Source of the DNA: an uncultured Chloroflexia bacterium
GTDB lineage: Bacteria; Chloroflexota; Limnocylindria; QHBO01
Direction: 5' to 3'
DNA length: 64,000 nucleotides
Assembly (NCBI GenBank): GCA_963825525.1
Contig: CAWGTN010000002.1
Coordinates: forward strand, 160,001 to 224,000
Numbering within the stretch: position 1 is the stretch's first letter; each line of letters opens with the position of its first letter. Of this stretch, positions 10,865-21,740 are shown piece by piece. The notes beneath the pieces are model-generated. The model searched no databases, had not been told where the DNA came from, and saw only the letters and a list, made by a program, of their open reading frames with translations. Made by a program: the position numbers and the translations under genes.

Positions 10865-11689
10865 TCAGCGGCTGGCCGAGCTCTCCGTCGAGCTCCGGCA
10901 GGCAACGGGATCGGGAAGCCGAATTCCTCGATGAGGCGGTCGATGGTGGATCCATCCGTCTCGGCGGTCCGATCGTCCTCGTCGGCCCGCAGGGCCATGG
11001 TGAACTGTCCACCGGCCGCACTGAGCTCGGTGACCTTTTCGGCGGTGGCGAGGTCCGTGCGCAGGATGTAGACGGCGCCGTTCCGGGCGAGGACCGTCAT
11101 CCGCTGCAGCGTGACCTTGGTCGACGGGCCCGGCAGGAACTGCTGGGTGGTGTCGGCGGCATCCTCTGGGCTCTGGCCCAGCTCGGGATTGATGGCCATG
11201 GTGACGATGAGGTCGACGAGCTGGCCCGGCAGCAGCGTACCGCCGACGGCCCGCTCATCGGGGACGCTCACGGACACGGCGCGGAGGTCCGGCCCCGAGG
11301 GATCGAAGGACGCGCCGGGTTCGAGGATGCTGAACTCCTGCCCGGAGGTGGTGGACGCGAGGACGTTCCGCGTCACGAGCTGGCCGGTGGCAACGGGCAC
11401 GCCCGTCACGCGGCCGATGACCTCCTCGAGCGATCCGAATGCGGTCTCGTTCGTCGCGTCGACCGCCACGCGGCGGACGCTCACGTCGCCTTCCTCGATC
11501 GGCTTGCGGCTCGCGATCTCGCGCACCGCGACGACCACGTCGCGCATGGGCACCTCCGTCGTCTCCGGTGAGGCCGCTGGCCTGGAGCGCGATGAAGACG
11601 GTCGCCGCCACGAGCAGCGCGACGATGACCCCGACGGCGATGTACACCTTCGAGCGGCGCGTGTTGCGATCCGAGTATTCGAGTTCCAC
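10865..11689 (-). CDS. cpaB: Flp pilus assembly protein CpaB/RcpC (frameshifted; end approximate)
   Basis: N-terminal TM, SAF domain VVVAVREI, RAVSVSVPDERAVGGTLLPGQLVDLI. Confidence 0.8.
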
Positions 11690-11723
11690 GGGTGGATGCT
11701 CTCCTAGAACGATGGGGTGGTCA

Positions 11724-13658
11724 CTAGGACCAAGGGACCAGCCGGGGCCGCTGGGCACGGCGCAGTGCGAGGTCGTTCGGGTCGCCGTAGACGCCGGTGA
11801 CGGCCTTGCCGGCGATGGTGTTGCGCGTCGACGGCGGTGACCTGGAAGACCGCCGAAGCCGATGATGTCGACGTACTGGCCGCCCGCCTCGGTGGTGGCC
11901 ACCGTGAAGGTCATCGGCTGCAGATGCGTCACCGGCTGCCCGTCGCCATTGGTGCCGGTGGCGCGAACGTTGAAGCGGTAGCAACCCGGCTGCGAGCCCG
12001 GCGGTGTTCACGGAGACGGTCGACAGCGCTCCGCTGCCACTCGAGGTTGGCGTCACGCTCGAGGCCGAGAACGTGATCTGGTTTGCGGGGAGCGACGCCG
12101 ACGTCGAGGTTGCAGTGCTGAACGAAGCGGGGTCCCACGACAGGCTGACCGCGCTGCCGGTGGCTCCCCATCTCGTGGCGCTGGCACTTGTCGTGGAGAC
12201 GTATGCCTGCAGGCTGACGATGCCGCCGTATGTGGCCGTGGTCCCGCTGGTCGTGGAGTTCGCCAGGCTGAAGTCGCGGACCGCGCCACCGATGCGAACG
12301 GCGAGCGGAGCGCGACGAGTCTGGAAGTACGGATTCCCCGAATGGCCCTCGAGCCACACCGTGTAGATCCCCGCCGGAACCGACGTCGTCCGCAGGTTGG
12401 AGGTGGCGACGCTCGTGCCGTTCTTGTTCGGAATGAACACATTCGGGGTGAAGGTCGGCTCGTTCATCTTGCCGGCGGGCGGGGGAGTGACCGGCGGATC
12501 GGGCACGAGGTTGTAGGTCGGAAAGCCTGCCGCGGCGGCATCGGTATCGCCGTGCAGGTGGAGCGTGACCGTGCTGTTGAAGGCCGCATTGCGCGACACC
12601 GTGAAGGATGGCCCGGCGGCACCGGCAGCATTCGTCGAGGGCAGGGTGACGTACGGCGGCGGCGTGATCGTGAAGTCGGGGATCTCCATGACGGTGCCGT
12701 TGTAGACGGCGAGCAGGATGCGGTCGCCCACGGCATACGCGTCGTCGAAGTTGCCGACCACCATGGATGTGTCGTTCCCGGACATCACGCCGACCTGGGT
12801 GTCTCCCGTGGCCGGGACGCTCACCGGCGGAAAGCCGGGGCCGGGGTAGCCGGCGAGGATGTACGCGCCCTGCATGTTCTTCAGCGTGTTCACGTTCGTG
12901 CCCGGCGTGACCCCGTTGTAGTAGACCCGAGACCCGGTGGATTCGAAGTTGCGGACGTCAAGCGCGATGAAGCCACGGAAGCTCGAGTCGTTGTTCGCCT
13001 TGGCGCCAGGGCCGTAGAGGTCGAAGATCGGGCCCGGGGCGCCCTCGCTGGCCGGAACGCGCCCGCCATAGCCCAGGGGATCGAGGTTGTCGACGCTCCC
13101 GCTGCCACTCGTGGCGGCCGTGGCCATGAAGTCGGTGAAGCCGCCGCCCGGCCCGGGCGGGTTGGTATATCGACGGGCGACGATCGGGACGGCGGGGGAA
13201 CCCTGGAGGCTGCACCGAGCGCGCCCCCCGGTGTCCAGCGAGCCGATGCCCACGACCCGCGCGAGTACGGTGTCGACAACCGATGAGATCGCCAGCCGCA
13301 CCGTCGAGCCGGCGACGATGACGCCGCTGCGCAGGAACGCCGGATCGCCGGCATGGCCGTCCTGGTAGACGCGGGCGTCGTCGGGGGCGATGGTTGCGGC
13401 GGCCCCGGCCGGTGATCCCTCCAGGTTCACGAGTGCCACGTCACGAGCCGCCTGCGCGGCGGCATTGTCAGACGCCCCGTTCACGAGCTCGCGGCAGGCC
13501 GCAAGGGCTCCGGCGTCGGCCGCGTTCTGCACGTGCCGGCGCTCGGCCACCTGGCGGCCGATGTCGATGGCGATCCCGGCGACCGCCAGCAGCACGACGA
13601 GCCCGAGCGCCACGATGACGAGGACCTGGCCTCGTCCGCCGCTCGTGGGCGAGCTCAA
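11724..13658 (-). CDS. TadG-like pilus protein with large beta-rich C-terminus
   Basis: RGQVLVIVALGLVVLLAVAGIAIDIG..VQNAADAGALA (Tad_N motif); TTGA overlap with tadE. Confidence 0.85.
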   Translation of the reverse strand: MSSPTSGGRGQVLVIVALGLVVLLAVAGIAIDIGRQVAERRHVQNAADAGALAACRELVNGASDNAAAQAARDVALVNLEGSPAGAAATIAPDDARVYQDGHAGDPAFLRSGVIVAGSTVRLAISSVVDTVLARVVGIGSLDTGGRARCSLQGSPAVPIVARRYTNPPGPGGGFTDFMATAATSGSGSVDNLDPLGYGGRVPASEGAPGPIFDLYGPGAKANNDSSFRGFIALDVRNFESTGSRVYYNGVTPGTNVNTLKNMQGAYILAGYPGPGFPPVSVPATGDTQVGVMSGNDTSMVVGNFDDAYAVGDRILLAVYNGTVMEIPDFTITPPPYVTLPSTNAAGAAGPSFTVSRNAAFNSTVTLHLHGDTDAAAAGFPTYNLVPDPPVTPPPAGKMNEPTFTPNVFIPNKNGTSVATSNLRTTSVPAGIYTVWLEGHSGNPYFQTRRAPLAVRIGGAVRDFSLANSTTSGTTATYGGIVSLQAYVSTTSASATRWGATGSAVSLSWDPASFSTATSTSASLPANQITFSASSVTPTSSGSGALSTVSVNTAGLAAGLLPLQRSRHRHQWRRAAGDASAADDLHGGHHRGGRPVRRHHRLRRSSRSPPSTRNTIAGKAVTGVYGDPNDLALRRAQRPRLVPWS

Positions 13659-14257
13659 TTCATCACCATCGTGGCTTCCGCACTGAGCGGAAACAGTCCG
13701 TTCCCGTCCCCGTCGAGAAGCGCGTCGAGGAGGGGCACCACGATCACCTGGTTGTAGGTGATGCGGACGCGAACCAGGCATCCCTCACCGCTGTCGAGGG
13801 TGCAATACGTGGCGGCGTTCGCCGTGTTCGGGCACGGTGCGCCCGGTGCAGCCCCGGCTGCGCAGAACGATACCTCGATGTCGCCGTTCTGCCACAGGTC
13901 GTGCTTGCCGTCGCCGTTGAGATCCACGCCGCCGGGACACGGCGAGCTTGCCGAGAAGTTGGGGCTCGAGGAACCGAGGAATCCGAACGCCTGCGTTGCC
14001 GCGCCGAGGGCCGCGGTGCAGCGATCCACCCCGTGGGCAGCATTGCTCTGCGTGGTGTCGTATCGGTAGATGGTCGCCTCGCGCGCGCCTTCGCGAGCCG
14101 CATTGGTCAACGACACGTTGGCGCCCAGCAGGAGTCCGAACTGGACGATGCCGACGATGATGAACAGCAGCGGCAGCAGGACGGCCGCGAACTCGACCAT
14201 CGCCTGGCCGCGCTCGCGGTGGCGTGATCGACCGTGCTGCAGTTGCGTGGTGGGCAC
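13655..14257 (-). CDS. TadE-like pseudopilin
   Basis: ERGQAMVEFAAVL..LTNAAREGAR. Confidence 0.88.
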   Translation of the reverse strand: MPTTQLQHGRSRHRERGQAMVEFAAVLLPLLFIIVGIVQFGLLLGANVSLTNAAREGAREATIYRYDTTQSNAAHGVDRCTAALGAATQAFGFLGSSSPNFSASSPCPGGVDLNGDGKHDLWQNGDIEVSFCAAGAAPGAPCPNTANAATYCTLDSGEGCLVRVRITYNQVIVVPLLDALLDGDGNGLFPLSAEATMVMN

Positions 14258-14399
14258 TCTCACGGCTGGGTCGAGGCTCGTTGACGGGACTGGTTGGCAG
14301 GGCAGCCACGCCGATCCTATGAAGCATCCGTCCCGGCCGATATAGGCCGATGGGGGCCGCCACATGGGACCCATGGAGGACCGCTAGAATCGGTCACCC

Positions 14400-16547
14400 A
14401 TGCCCGACCTCAAGGTCCACGCCCCGTACGAGCCGACCGGTGATCAGCCCGCGGCGATCGCCGCGCTGGTCGATGGCGTCGAAGCGGGGCTCAAGCACCA
14501 GGTCCTCCTCGGGGCCACGGGAACGGGCAAGACGTTCACCGCCGCCAAGCTCATCGAGGCCGTCCAGAAGCCGACGCTGGTCATGGCGCACAACAAGACG
14601 CTCGCCGCGCAGCTCTACCAGGAGTTCAAGGAGTTCTTCCCGGACAACGCGGTCGAGTACTTCGTGAGCTACTACGACTACTTCCAGCCCGAGGCCTACC
14701 TGCCGCGGACCGATACGTACATCGAGAAGGACTCTTCACGAAACGACGAGATCGACCGTCTGCGGCACAACGCCACGCGGGCGCTGTTCGAGCGGCGCGA
14801 CGTGATCATCGTGGCGTCGGTGTCCGCGATCTACGGGCTCGGCGCGCCCGTCGACTACGGCGCGACGGTCATCGGCCTCAAGGTCGGTGGGTCGTATCGG
14901 CGTGATGGGATTCTCCGGCACCTCGTGGACCTCCAGTACCAGCGCAACGACACCGCGCTCGGACGCGCGCAAGTTCCGCGTCCGCGGCGACGTGCTCGAG
15001 GTCCAGCCGCCGCACGGCGAGTACGTCGTGCGGGTCGACTTCTTCGGCGACCAGGTCGAGCGCATCGTGGAGATCGACGACCTCACCGGCGAGGTGCTCG
15101 CGGAGCGGAGCGAGGTCAACCTGTATCCGGCCTCGCACTACGTCACGCCGCGCGACAAGCTGATGGCGGCGGTCGAGAAGATCGATTCAGAGATGGAGGA
15201 GCGAGTCCGCTGGCTGGCGGACCAGGGGCGGGAGCTGGAGGCCGCGCGGCTCCGACAGCGGACCCTGTTCGACCTCGAGATGATGCGGGAGGTGGGCTAC
15301 TGCTCGGGAATCGAGAACTACTCGCGCCATCTCGCCGGGAGGGAGGAGGGGAGCCGGCCGTGGACGCTCATCGACTACTTCCCGACCGACTTCCTGCTCA
15401 TCATGGACGAGAGCCACATCTCGATCCCGCAGGTCCACGGCATGTACAAGAACGACCGGACCCGCAAGGAGATCCTCGTCGACTTCGGCTTCCGGCTGCC
15501 GTCGGCACTCGACAACCGGCCACTGACCTTCGAGGAGTTCGAGGATCATTTCAGCCAGGTCGTCTACATGTCGGCGACGCCCGGCCCGTACGAGACGGAG
15601 CGTGCCGAACGCGTGGCCGAGCAGCTCATCCGGCCGACCGGGGTCGTTGACCCGACCATCACGGTCCGTCCCACGACCGGCCAGATCGACGACCTGCTGG
15701 CCGAGATCCGCGCGACCGTGGAGCGCGGCGAGCGGGCACTCGTGACCACCCTCACCAAGAAGATGGCCGAGGACCTGGCGGACTACCTGGCCGAGCTGGG
15801 GATCAAGGTCCAGTGGCTGCACTCGGAGGTGGACACGCTCGAGCGCATCGAGATCCTGCGCGACCTGCGGCTCGGGGTCTACGACGTCCTGGTGGGCATC
15901 AACCTGCTGCGCGAGGGCCTCGACCTGCCCGAGGTGACGCTGGTCGCGATCCTCGACGCCGACAAGGAGGGATTCCTGCGGTCGGGTGGCTCGCTCATCC
16001 AGGTCATCGGGCGCGCCGCGCGGAACATCGGCGGCCGGGTGATCATGTATGCCGACCGCATCACGGACTCGATGCGTGCGGCGATGGACGAGACGGAACG
16101 CCGCCGCGAAACGCAGGTCGCCTACAACACCGCGCACGGAATCACGCCGGAGACGATCATCAAGGAGATCCGCAGCATCCACGAGAGCCTGCGGCGCGTG
16201 GCCGAGGAACGGGCCGAGCTGCAGGTGGCCGGCAAGGAGCCGGAGGAGCTCGCGGCGATGACCGGTCGACTCGAGGCGCAGATGAAGGAAGCGGCGCGCA
16301 ACCTCGAGTTCGAGCGCGCCGCGGCACTGCGCGACGAGATCCTCCAGCTGCGGCGGCTGCGCGAGGAGCTCGCCGCGGCGCCGGGCAGCATCCCGGCCGA
16401 GGTCTACGCTCGGCCGCCGAGGGCGACGAGGAGGCACGCAACGGGCGAGGCGCCCGCGAGCCCTCGCAGGTGTTCAGCGTCCAGACCCGGCCGAACGTCA
16501 TTGCGGCAGGCAGCCGGCGCCGACCGCCGCGCCGACGCCGTCCATGA
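14400..16547 (+). CDS. uvrB: Excinuclease ABC subunit B (frameshifts near 14970 and 16410)
   Basis: [65 protein letters not shown] domain. Confidence 0.96.
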
Positions 16548-16563
16548 TGCCGGTGCGAGCCTG

Positions 16564-17175
16564 ATGGCCGGAACGATGCCGCATGCCATCTTCGTGGAGA
16601 CCGACGTCGATGGGCAGGGACTGGTGGCTGCCTACGCGGCCGAGCTGCCGGGCTGCGCCGTCTTCGCGGACGGTGCCGATGCGGCCGCCGCCGCCATGCC
16701 ACGTCGCGTGAGCCGATTCACGGCCTGGCTGCGCGACAACGGTGAGGCGCAGCCCGACTTCGTCGGCGACAACTGGTACGAGGTCGAACGTGCCAGTGCC
16801 ACTGACGGGGGAAGCAGCCGCGCGTCGTTCACCCTCGACGAGCTGCCGCCGAGCGCCGACGAGTTCGCCGCCTGGATGCGCTGGCTCGAGCTGTCACGCG
16901 AGGAGCTGGCCGATGCCCTCGACGGCGGGCAACTCACGGACGTCGCGGACCTGCTGGCCCGCATCGAGCGCCAGGATGTCGCGTTCGTCCGGGATCTCGG
17001 CGGCGCCGCACCGGAGCTGTCGACCGATCCGATCGACAACCTGTACGCGGCACGCGACGCGCTGACCGATGCGCTGGCGGCGGCCGGGCCGTACCAGGAC
17101 GGCGTTCGCCGGATGCTCCGACTCGCGATCGCGGACGACCTCCGGGCAGCCGAGGCCCTCAGACCATCGACGTGA
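16564..17175 (+). CDS. Hypothetical protein with HicB-like N-terminus
   Basis: [24 protein letters not shown] resembles the HicB partial RNase H fold; own ATG after the real uvrB stop. Confidence 0.5.
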   Translation: MAGTMPHAIFVETDVDGQGLVAAYAAELPGCAVFADGADAAAAAMPRRVSRFTAWLRDNGEAQPDFVGDNWYEVERASATDGGSSRASFTLDELPPSADEFAAWMRWLELSREELADALDGGQLTDVADLLARIERQDVAFVRDLGGAAPELSTDPIDNLYAARDALTDALAAAGPYQDGVRRMLRLAIADDLRAAEALRPST

Positions 17176-17840
17176 TGGACCTGGCGACCGCGGCGCCGAA
17201 GCGCCTTCGTCATGCCGGCGAGTGGCCGATCCCGACGCCCCGGCGAGCGCCACAAGGGACGCCGCTGCGCACCCTCCAGGACTCCATGCCGCACTGCGCG
17301 ACCGGTGTCCCACCGGTCCTGTCCGGCGACGGGAGCGAACGCGCGATGCTCATCGGCCAGGCGCCGGGGTGGCGCGAGATCGAGACCGGCCTGCCATTTG
17401 CCTGGGACGCGGGGAAGCGGCTCTGTGGCTGGCTCTCGATCGCCGGGATCGACGTGGCGGCCTTCCGAGAGCGCTGGTACGTCACCAGCATCGGCAAGTG
17501 CTATCCGGGCCGCGCCCCGGGCTCGTCGGTCGATCGGCCACCGAGCCGGGCGGACATCGAGCGCTGGACGCCGTATCTGCGCCGCGAGATCGAGCTCGTT
17601 GCGCCGCGGCTCGTCCTTCTCGTCGGCGGCCTTGCGCATCGCTTCGCCTTCGGTCGAGCCGCGAAGCTCGATCAGCTGGTGGGGCGCGAGCTCGCGTGGG
17701 ACGGCGCGCCCGGCGCAGCGGTCCTGTGCCTGCCTCACCCTTCCGGGGCGTCGACCTGGCTCAACGACGCGTCCCACGTGGAGCTGTGGCGCCAGGCCAC
17801 CGGGCTCCTTCGCGACCGATGGAGCGAGATCGACCGATGA
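17172..17840 (+). CDS. Uracil-DNA glycosylase superfamily protein
   Basis: [30 protein letters not shown]. Confidence 0.85.
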   Translation: MMDLATAAPKRLRHAGEWPIPTPRRAPQGTPLRTLQDSMPHCATGVPPVLSGDGSERAMLIGQAPGWREIETGLPFAWDAGKRLCGWLSIAGIDVAAFRERWYVTSIGKCYPGRAPGSSVDRPPSRADIERWTPYLRREIELVAPRLVLLVGGLAHRFAFGRAAKLDQLVGRELAWDGAPGAAVLCLPHPSGASTWLNDASHVELWRQATGLLRDRWSEIDR

Positions 17841-18365
17841 CTCGCGAGGTTCGCATCGGCATGGCGGTGGTGGCGGGGCTCGGCGCTTTCGTCTTCTTCC
17901 TGCTGGTGGTCGGCTCTTCCGGCGGTACGCGGCCCGACGTCAATCCGCGTTCGGTCGAGGAGGCCCTCGCGGGCGGCGATCCGGTCGGGACGTGGGGGAG
18001 CGACGAGCTCTCACATCAGTGGCTGGTACGCGGAGCTCGACGGGGACTGCGTCGGGGACGATGGCGGAGCCGATGCGTCGGTCGCCTGGCTGCAGCGCGA
18101 GTGCCCCCTTCGCGTGCTGCTGCCGGCCCAACCGGCCGAGGATGTCACGCAGGCCGAGCTGCTCCGCACGGGGTTGCGGCTTGCCGCGCCGCAGGGCCGC
18201 GCGTTTCCGTCACGTGCCGAGCCGGGCGGCCCGAACCTTCGTGGCCAGGAGCTGGTGTTCGTCGGCCACTTCGACGACCGGGCGGCCGCGGCGTGCATCC
18301 CGGAACGCGCGGAGCAGTGCCGCGAGACCCTGGTCGTGAGCGACTACGACGAGCTGGTGCGCTGA
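17837..18365 (+). CDS. Membrane-anchored hypothetical protein (frameshift near 18015)
   Basis: N-terminal TM helix; C-terminal VGHFDDRAAAAC..CRETLVV; ATGA overlap with UDG gene. Confidence 0.55.
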
Positions 18366-18369
18366 GCCG

Positions 18370-19242
18370 TCAGCTGCCGGTGGTCATGTCGAGCAGGCCT
18401 GCCTGGCGGGCGCGGCGCATGAACCAGGCGAATGCCGCCAGCGCGAGGGGGATGACGATGGCCGTCGAGACCACGAGAAGCAGCATCACCACGCCATCCG
18501 ACAGCTCGCCGATGGCGCCGGGCGATCCATGGCCCAGGAGGCCGCGTCGCGATGCCTCGAGCCACCAGGTCGTGGGTGACGCGTAGGCGATGGGATGCAC
18601 GAAGGACGGCAGCACGTCGATCGGGAAGATCGCGCCCGAGATCAGGTAGAGCGCCCCGGCGATCGCCTCCGGGTAGGACCACGCCTCCTGCCGCAGCTGG
18701 AGGCACCAGCCCGCCATGAACACGCCGAGCGCCATGACCGCCACCACGCCGAGCACGGTGGCCGGGATGAGGTAGAGAAGATTCGGTCGCAGCTCGACCC
18801 CCAGCAGGACGATCCCGACCGCCAGGGTCAGCACCACCGCCACGAATGACACGATCACGCGCGCCAGCGATCGGCCGAGCAGGAACGGGAAGAGCGAGGT
18901 CGGCGTGACGACGACGTACTTCATCATCCGGTAGCGCTCGCGGTCCTCGAGAATCGATTGGACCAGGCCACCCATCACGCCGAAGACGACGTTCCACAGC
19001 GCGCTGCCCACGATGAGGAACTGGAGGAACTCGCCTCCCTGGCCCTGGGTGATGACGTTGAACATCACGACCAGGATCATCGCGGCGGCGAGCGGCTTGG
19101 CCATGGTGTAGATGGCGAAGAGCGTGGGGTCCGACCAGTTCGACTCGATCGCCCAGCCGAGGCCGATGGCGGTGCGGAAGCTTCGCCACGCGTCAGGCAG
19201 CGTGATCCCGTCGACGTGGGTCGGTCGCTCGATCACTGCCAC
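18370..19242 (-). CDS. ABC-2 type transporter permease
   Basis: Six-TM pattern, SGAIFPIDVLP..PTTW. Confidence 0.88.
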   Translation of the reverse strand: MAVIERPTHVDGITLPDAWRSFRTAIGLGWAIESNWSDPTLFAIYTMAKPLAAAMILVVMFNVITQGQGGEFLQFLIVGSALWNVVFGVMGGLVQSILEDRERYRMMKYVVVTPTSLFPFLLGRSLARVIVSFVAVVLTLAVGIVLLGVELRPNLLYLIPATVLGVVAVMALGVFMAGWCLQLRQEAWSYPEAIAGALYLISGAIFPIDVLPSFVHPIAYASPTTWWLEASRRGLLGHGSPGAIGELSDGVVMLLLVVSTAIVIPLALAAFAWFMRRARQAGLLDMTTGS

Positions 19243-20108
19243 CGCAGCGTCAGCCGTCCCTCGCGGCGCGCGAGGGTCTCGAGATAGCCCAGGGCAAGTC
19301 GGGCAGCGACGAGGAAGACGACCCCCATCGCCGCCAGGATCGCCATCTCGGCACCGACCGGCAGGATCCCCTGCGCCGATCCCGGAAAGACGAGCTGGCG
19401 CATGGCGTCGAGCCCCACTCCCAGCGGCAGGGTCGCAAGCACGACGCCCGCGACCGCCGGCCCCAGGGCACGAAGCGGGAAGTTCACGCCGCCCAGCAGG
19501 TAGATCGGCTCCTGGAGGAGCTGGGCCAGGTGAAACGCCTCACGTCCCCAGAGCAGGAAGAGGCTGGCGAACAGCATCCCCATGCCGTAGAGCGGGATCA
19601 TGGTCAGGATGAACACGGCCACCAGGGCCACGGGATCGCGGACGTCGTACGCGACGCCGTAGAGCACCGTCCCGATGCCGATGACCGCCAGCGCGCGCGA
19701 GCTCGTCATCACGAGGCCGCCGATCGCCATGCCGGCCAGCACGCTCATGAGGTGCATCGGCGCGGTGAAGTAGAGCTCGAGGTTGCCCTGGTCCTTCTCC
19801 CAGTAGAACTGGGCGGCCATCATCCACACCACGTTGAGCCAGAACGCGGTCATCGCACCGCCGACGACGACGAAGCCGATGAACTCCTCCGGCGCATCCA
19901 GCGCGCGATAGACGAACACGAAGGCGCTCACCGCCAGGAACGGCAGCAGGATCTCGAAGAACAGCCAGGACGGCTCGCGGGTGAGGCCGATGACGCGCGG
20001 ATAGGCGCGGCCGACGATGGCGCGCAGGTTCATGGCGATGATGCGCCGGTTCGACCACTCGGCGGCCTCGCGTGGCCCGGTCGCCGGCGTCCCGCGGTAG
20101 ACGCTCAT
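19233..20108 (-). CDS. ABC-2 type transporter permease
   Basis: EKDQGNLE, GGVNFP, multiple TM helices. Confidence 0.88.
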   Translation of the reverse strand: MSVYRGTPATGPREAAEWSNRRIIAMNLRAIVGRAYPRVIGLTREPSWLFFEILLPFLAVSAFVFVYRALDAPEEFIGFVVVGGAMTAFWLNVVWMMAAQFYWEKDQGNLELYFTAPMHLMSVLAGMAIGGLVMTSSRALAVIGIGTVLYGVAYDVRDPVALVAVFILTMIPLYGMGMLFASLFLLWGREAFHLAQLLQEPIYLLGGVNFPLRALGPAVAGVVLATLPLGVGLDAMRQLVFPGSAQGILPVGAEMAILAAMGVVFLVAARLALGYLETLARREGRLTLRWQ

Positions 20109-21126
20109 CCGGCCGGCTCCGCCGCGTCCTCGTCGCCGAAGCCCCGACCGACGAGCTCGACGAAGACATCCTCGAGGCTGGGCTCCGACTTCGCGAGGCC
20201 CACGAGGTGCGAGCCCCGCTCCGCGACGGCGGTGACGACGCTGGTCAGTGCCGAGTCGTCGGCCAGCGCCACCTTGATGGCCACTCGGTCGGAGCCGGCA
20301 CCGTCCGCACTCGGCTCATCCGCCGCCACGGCGGAGAGCACGCCCGGCAGGTCGCTGATGACGGCGATGCCGCCATTCGTCGGAAGCCGATCGAGCTCCA
20401 GGCGAAAGATCGACTCGGCCTGGACGCGCCGACGCAGCTCGGCGGGCGTGCCGAGCGCCAGGATCATGCCGCGATCCACGATGGCGATGCGATCGCACAG
20501 CTGCTCGGCCTCCACCATGTAGTGGGTGGTCAGGAGCAGGGTCCGTCCCGGAGCGGCCGCCTTCCATGCAGGGTGTGCTCGCGCAGGTCGCGCGCGGCGG
20601 CAACGTCGAGGCCGAGGGTCGGCTCGTCGAGGAACAGCACCCACGGGTCGTTGAGCAGCCCGCGCGCGAAGTTCAGCTTCTGGCGCTGGCCGGTCGACAG
20701 CGTGCGGACCTTCTGGTCGCGCTGCTCGGTGAGGCCGGTGATCTCGATGAGCTCATCGACCCGACGCCATCCCTCCCGGTTCGGGAGCCCGTAGAACTGG
20801 CTGAACATCCACAGCTGTTCGCGCAGCGTCAGCAGCCCGTAGCCGGACTGCTCGCCTCCGGCGACCATGTTGATCACGCGACGGATCTTTGCCGTCTCGT
20901 TGACGACGTCGAATCCGGCGATGCGGGCGGTTCCGCTCGTCGGCAGGAGCAGCGTCGTCAGGATCTTGATGAGGGTCGTCTTGCCCGCGCCGTTGGGTCC
21001 GAGGAGGCCGAAGTACTCGCCGGGTTCAACGGCGAGATCGACGCCGCCGAGCGCCGTGACCGGCTTCGGCTTGGCCTTGTAGACGCGGGTCACTCCCTGC
21101 GCGTGAATGGCGAGTTCGTCGGACAT
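20105..21126 (-). CDS. ABC transporter ATP-binding protein (frameshift near 20570)
   Basis: GPNGAGKTT, LSTGQRQ, LFLDEPT, LLLTTHYM. Confidence 0.92.
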
Positions 21127-21215
21127 CGTGAGGCAGCACCGGATGAGCGGAGATGGCGGAACGGGAGGCGGATGGTAGCACTGCTAACCATCGCCGGTCG
21201 CGCGATCGGTCGCGG

Positions 21216-21470
21216 TCAGTACGCCCCGTTCTCGCCCTCGCACTCACCGGGGCCATGCTCACATGATGCGGACAGCAGCCCGGCGCCGCGGATGCCCAGG
21301 AGCGCCTCGCGAATCTCGCCCTCCGACGCCAGCGGCGAGACGGACGCGATGGCCTGGGCGACGCGATCCGACAGCGTCGCGGTCGTGGAGTCGGTCGCAC
21401 CGTAGGTGCGCCATTCGCCATCGTCCTCCCAGATGACGATGCCGTAGCCCTTGACCGCCACCGAGAACAT
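21216..21470 (-). CDS. Small hypothetical protein (84 aa)
   Basis: Protein-like composition; AGGAG about 10 nt upstream of ATG. Confidence 0.5.
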   Translation of the reverse strand: MFSVAVKGYGIVIWEDDGEWRTYGATDSTTATLSDRVAQAIASVSPLASEGEIREALLGIRGAGLLSASCEHGPGECEGENGAY

Positions 21471-21694
21471 GAATGCGCGCTCCTGACGTGCTGCCGGATC
21501 GGCGGTCCCCGTGGCCCCCGGACGGCCGACCCGGCACTCCCCTCATTTCCCCCGTCGGCATCCCCCGTACCGATCTCCCAGTACCGTGCGCCTTCCCGGC
21601 GGCTTCGACAATCACGCTGGACCGCACAAGTCCGCCTGCAACCGCTCAATTTTCGCCGAAGGTCCCATGACCCGGCGGCGTGGGTGCGGAAAGC

Positions 21695-21706
21695 GAACAG
21701 GCGTTC
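21695..21706. promoter_or_regulatory. LexA/SOS box (GAAC-N4-GTTC) upstream of uvrA
   Basis: cGAACAGGCGTTCt, followed by extended -10 TGCTACGAT (21723-21731) and uvrA ATG at 21741. Confidence 0.8.
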
Positions 21707-21740
21707 TCATCGGCGCATTTCCTGCTACGATGCGGATGGA

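Noticed and set aside
14887-17175. Apparent UvrB fusion to a 200-aa C-terminal domain
   Set aside because: An indel near 16410 joins two genes. The alternative frame stops at 16547 and the next gene has its own ATG.
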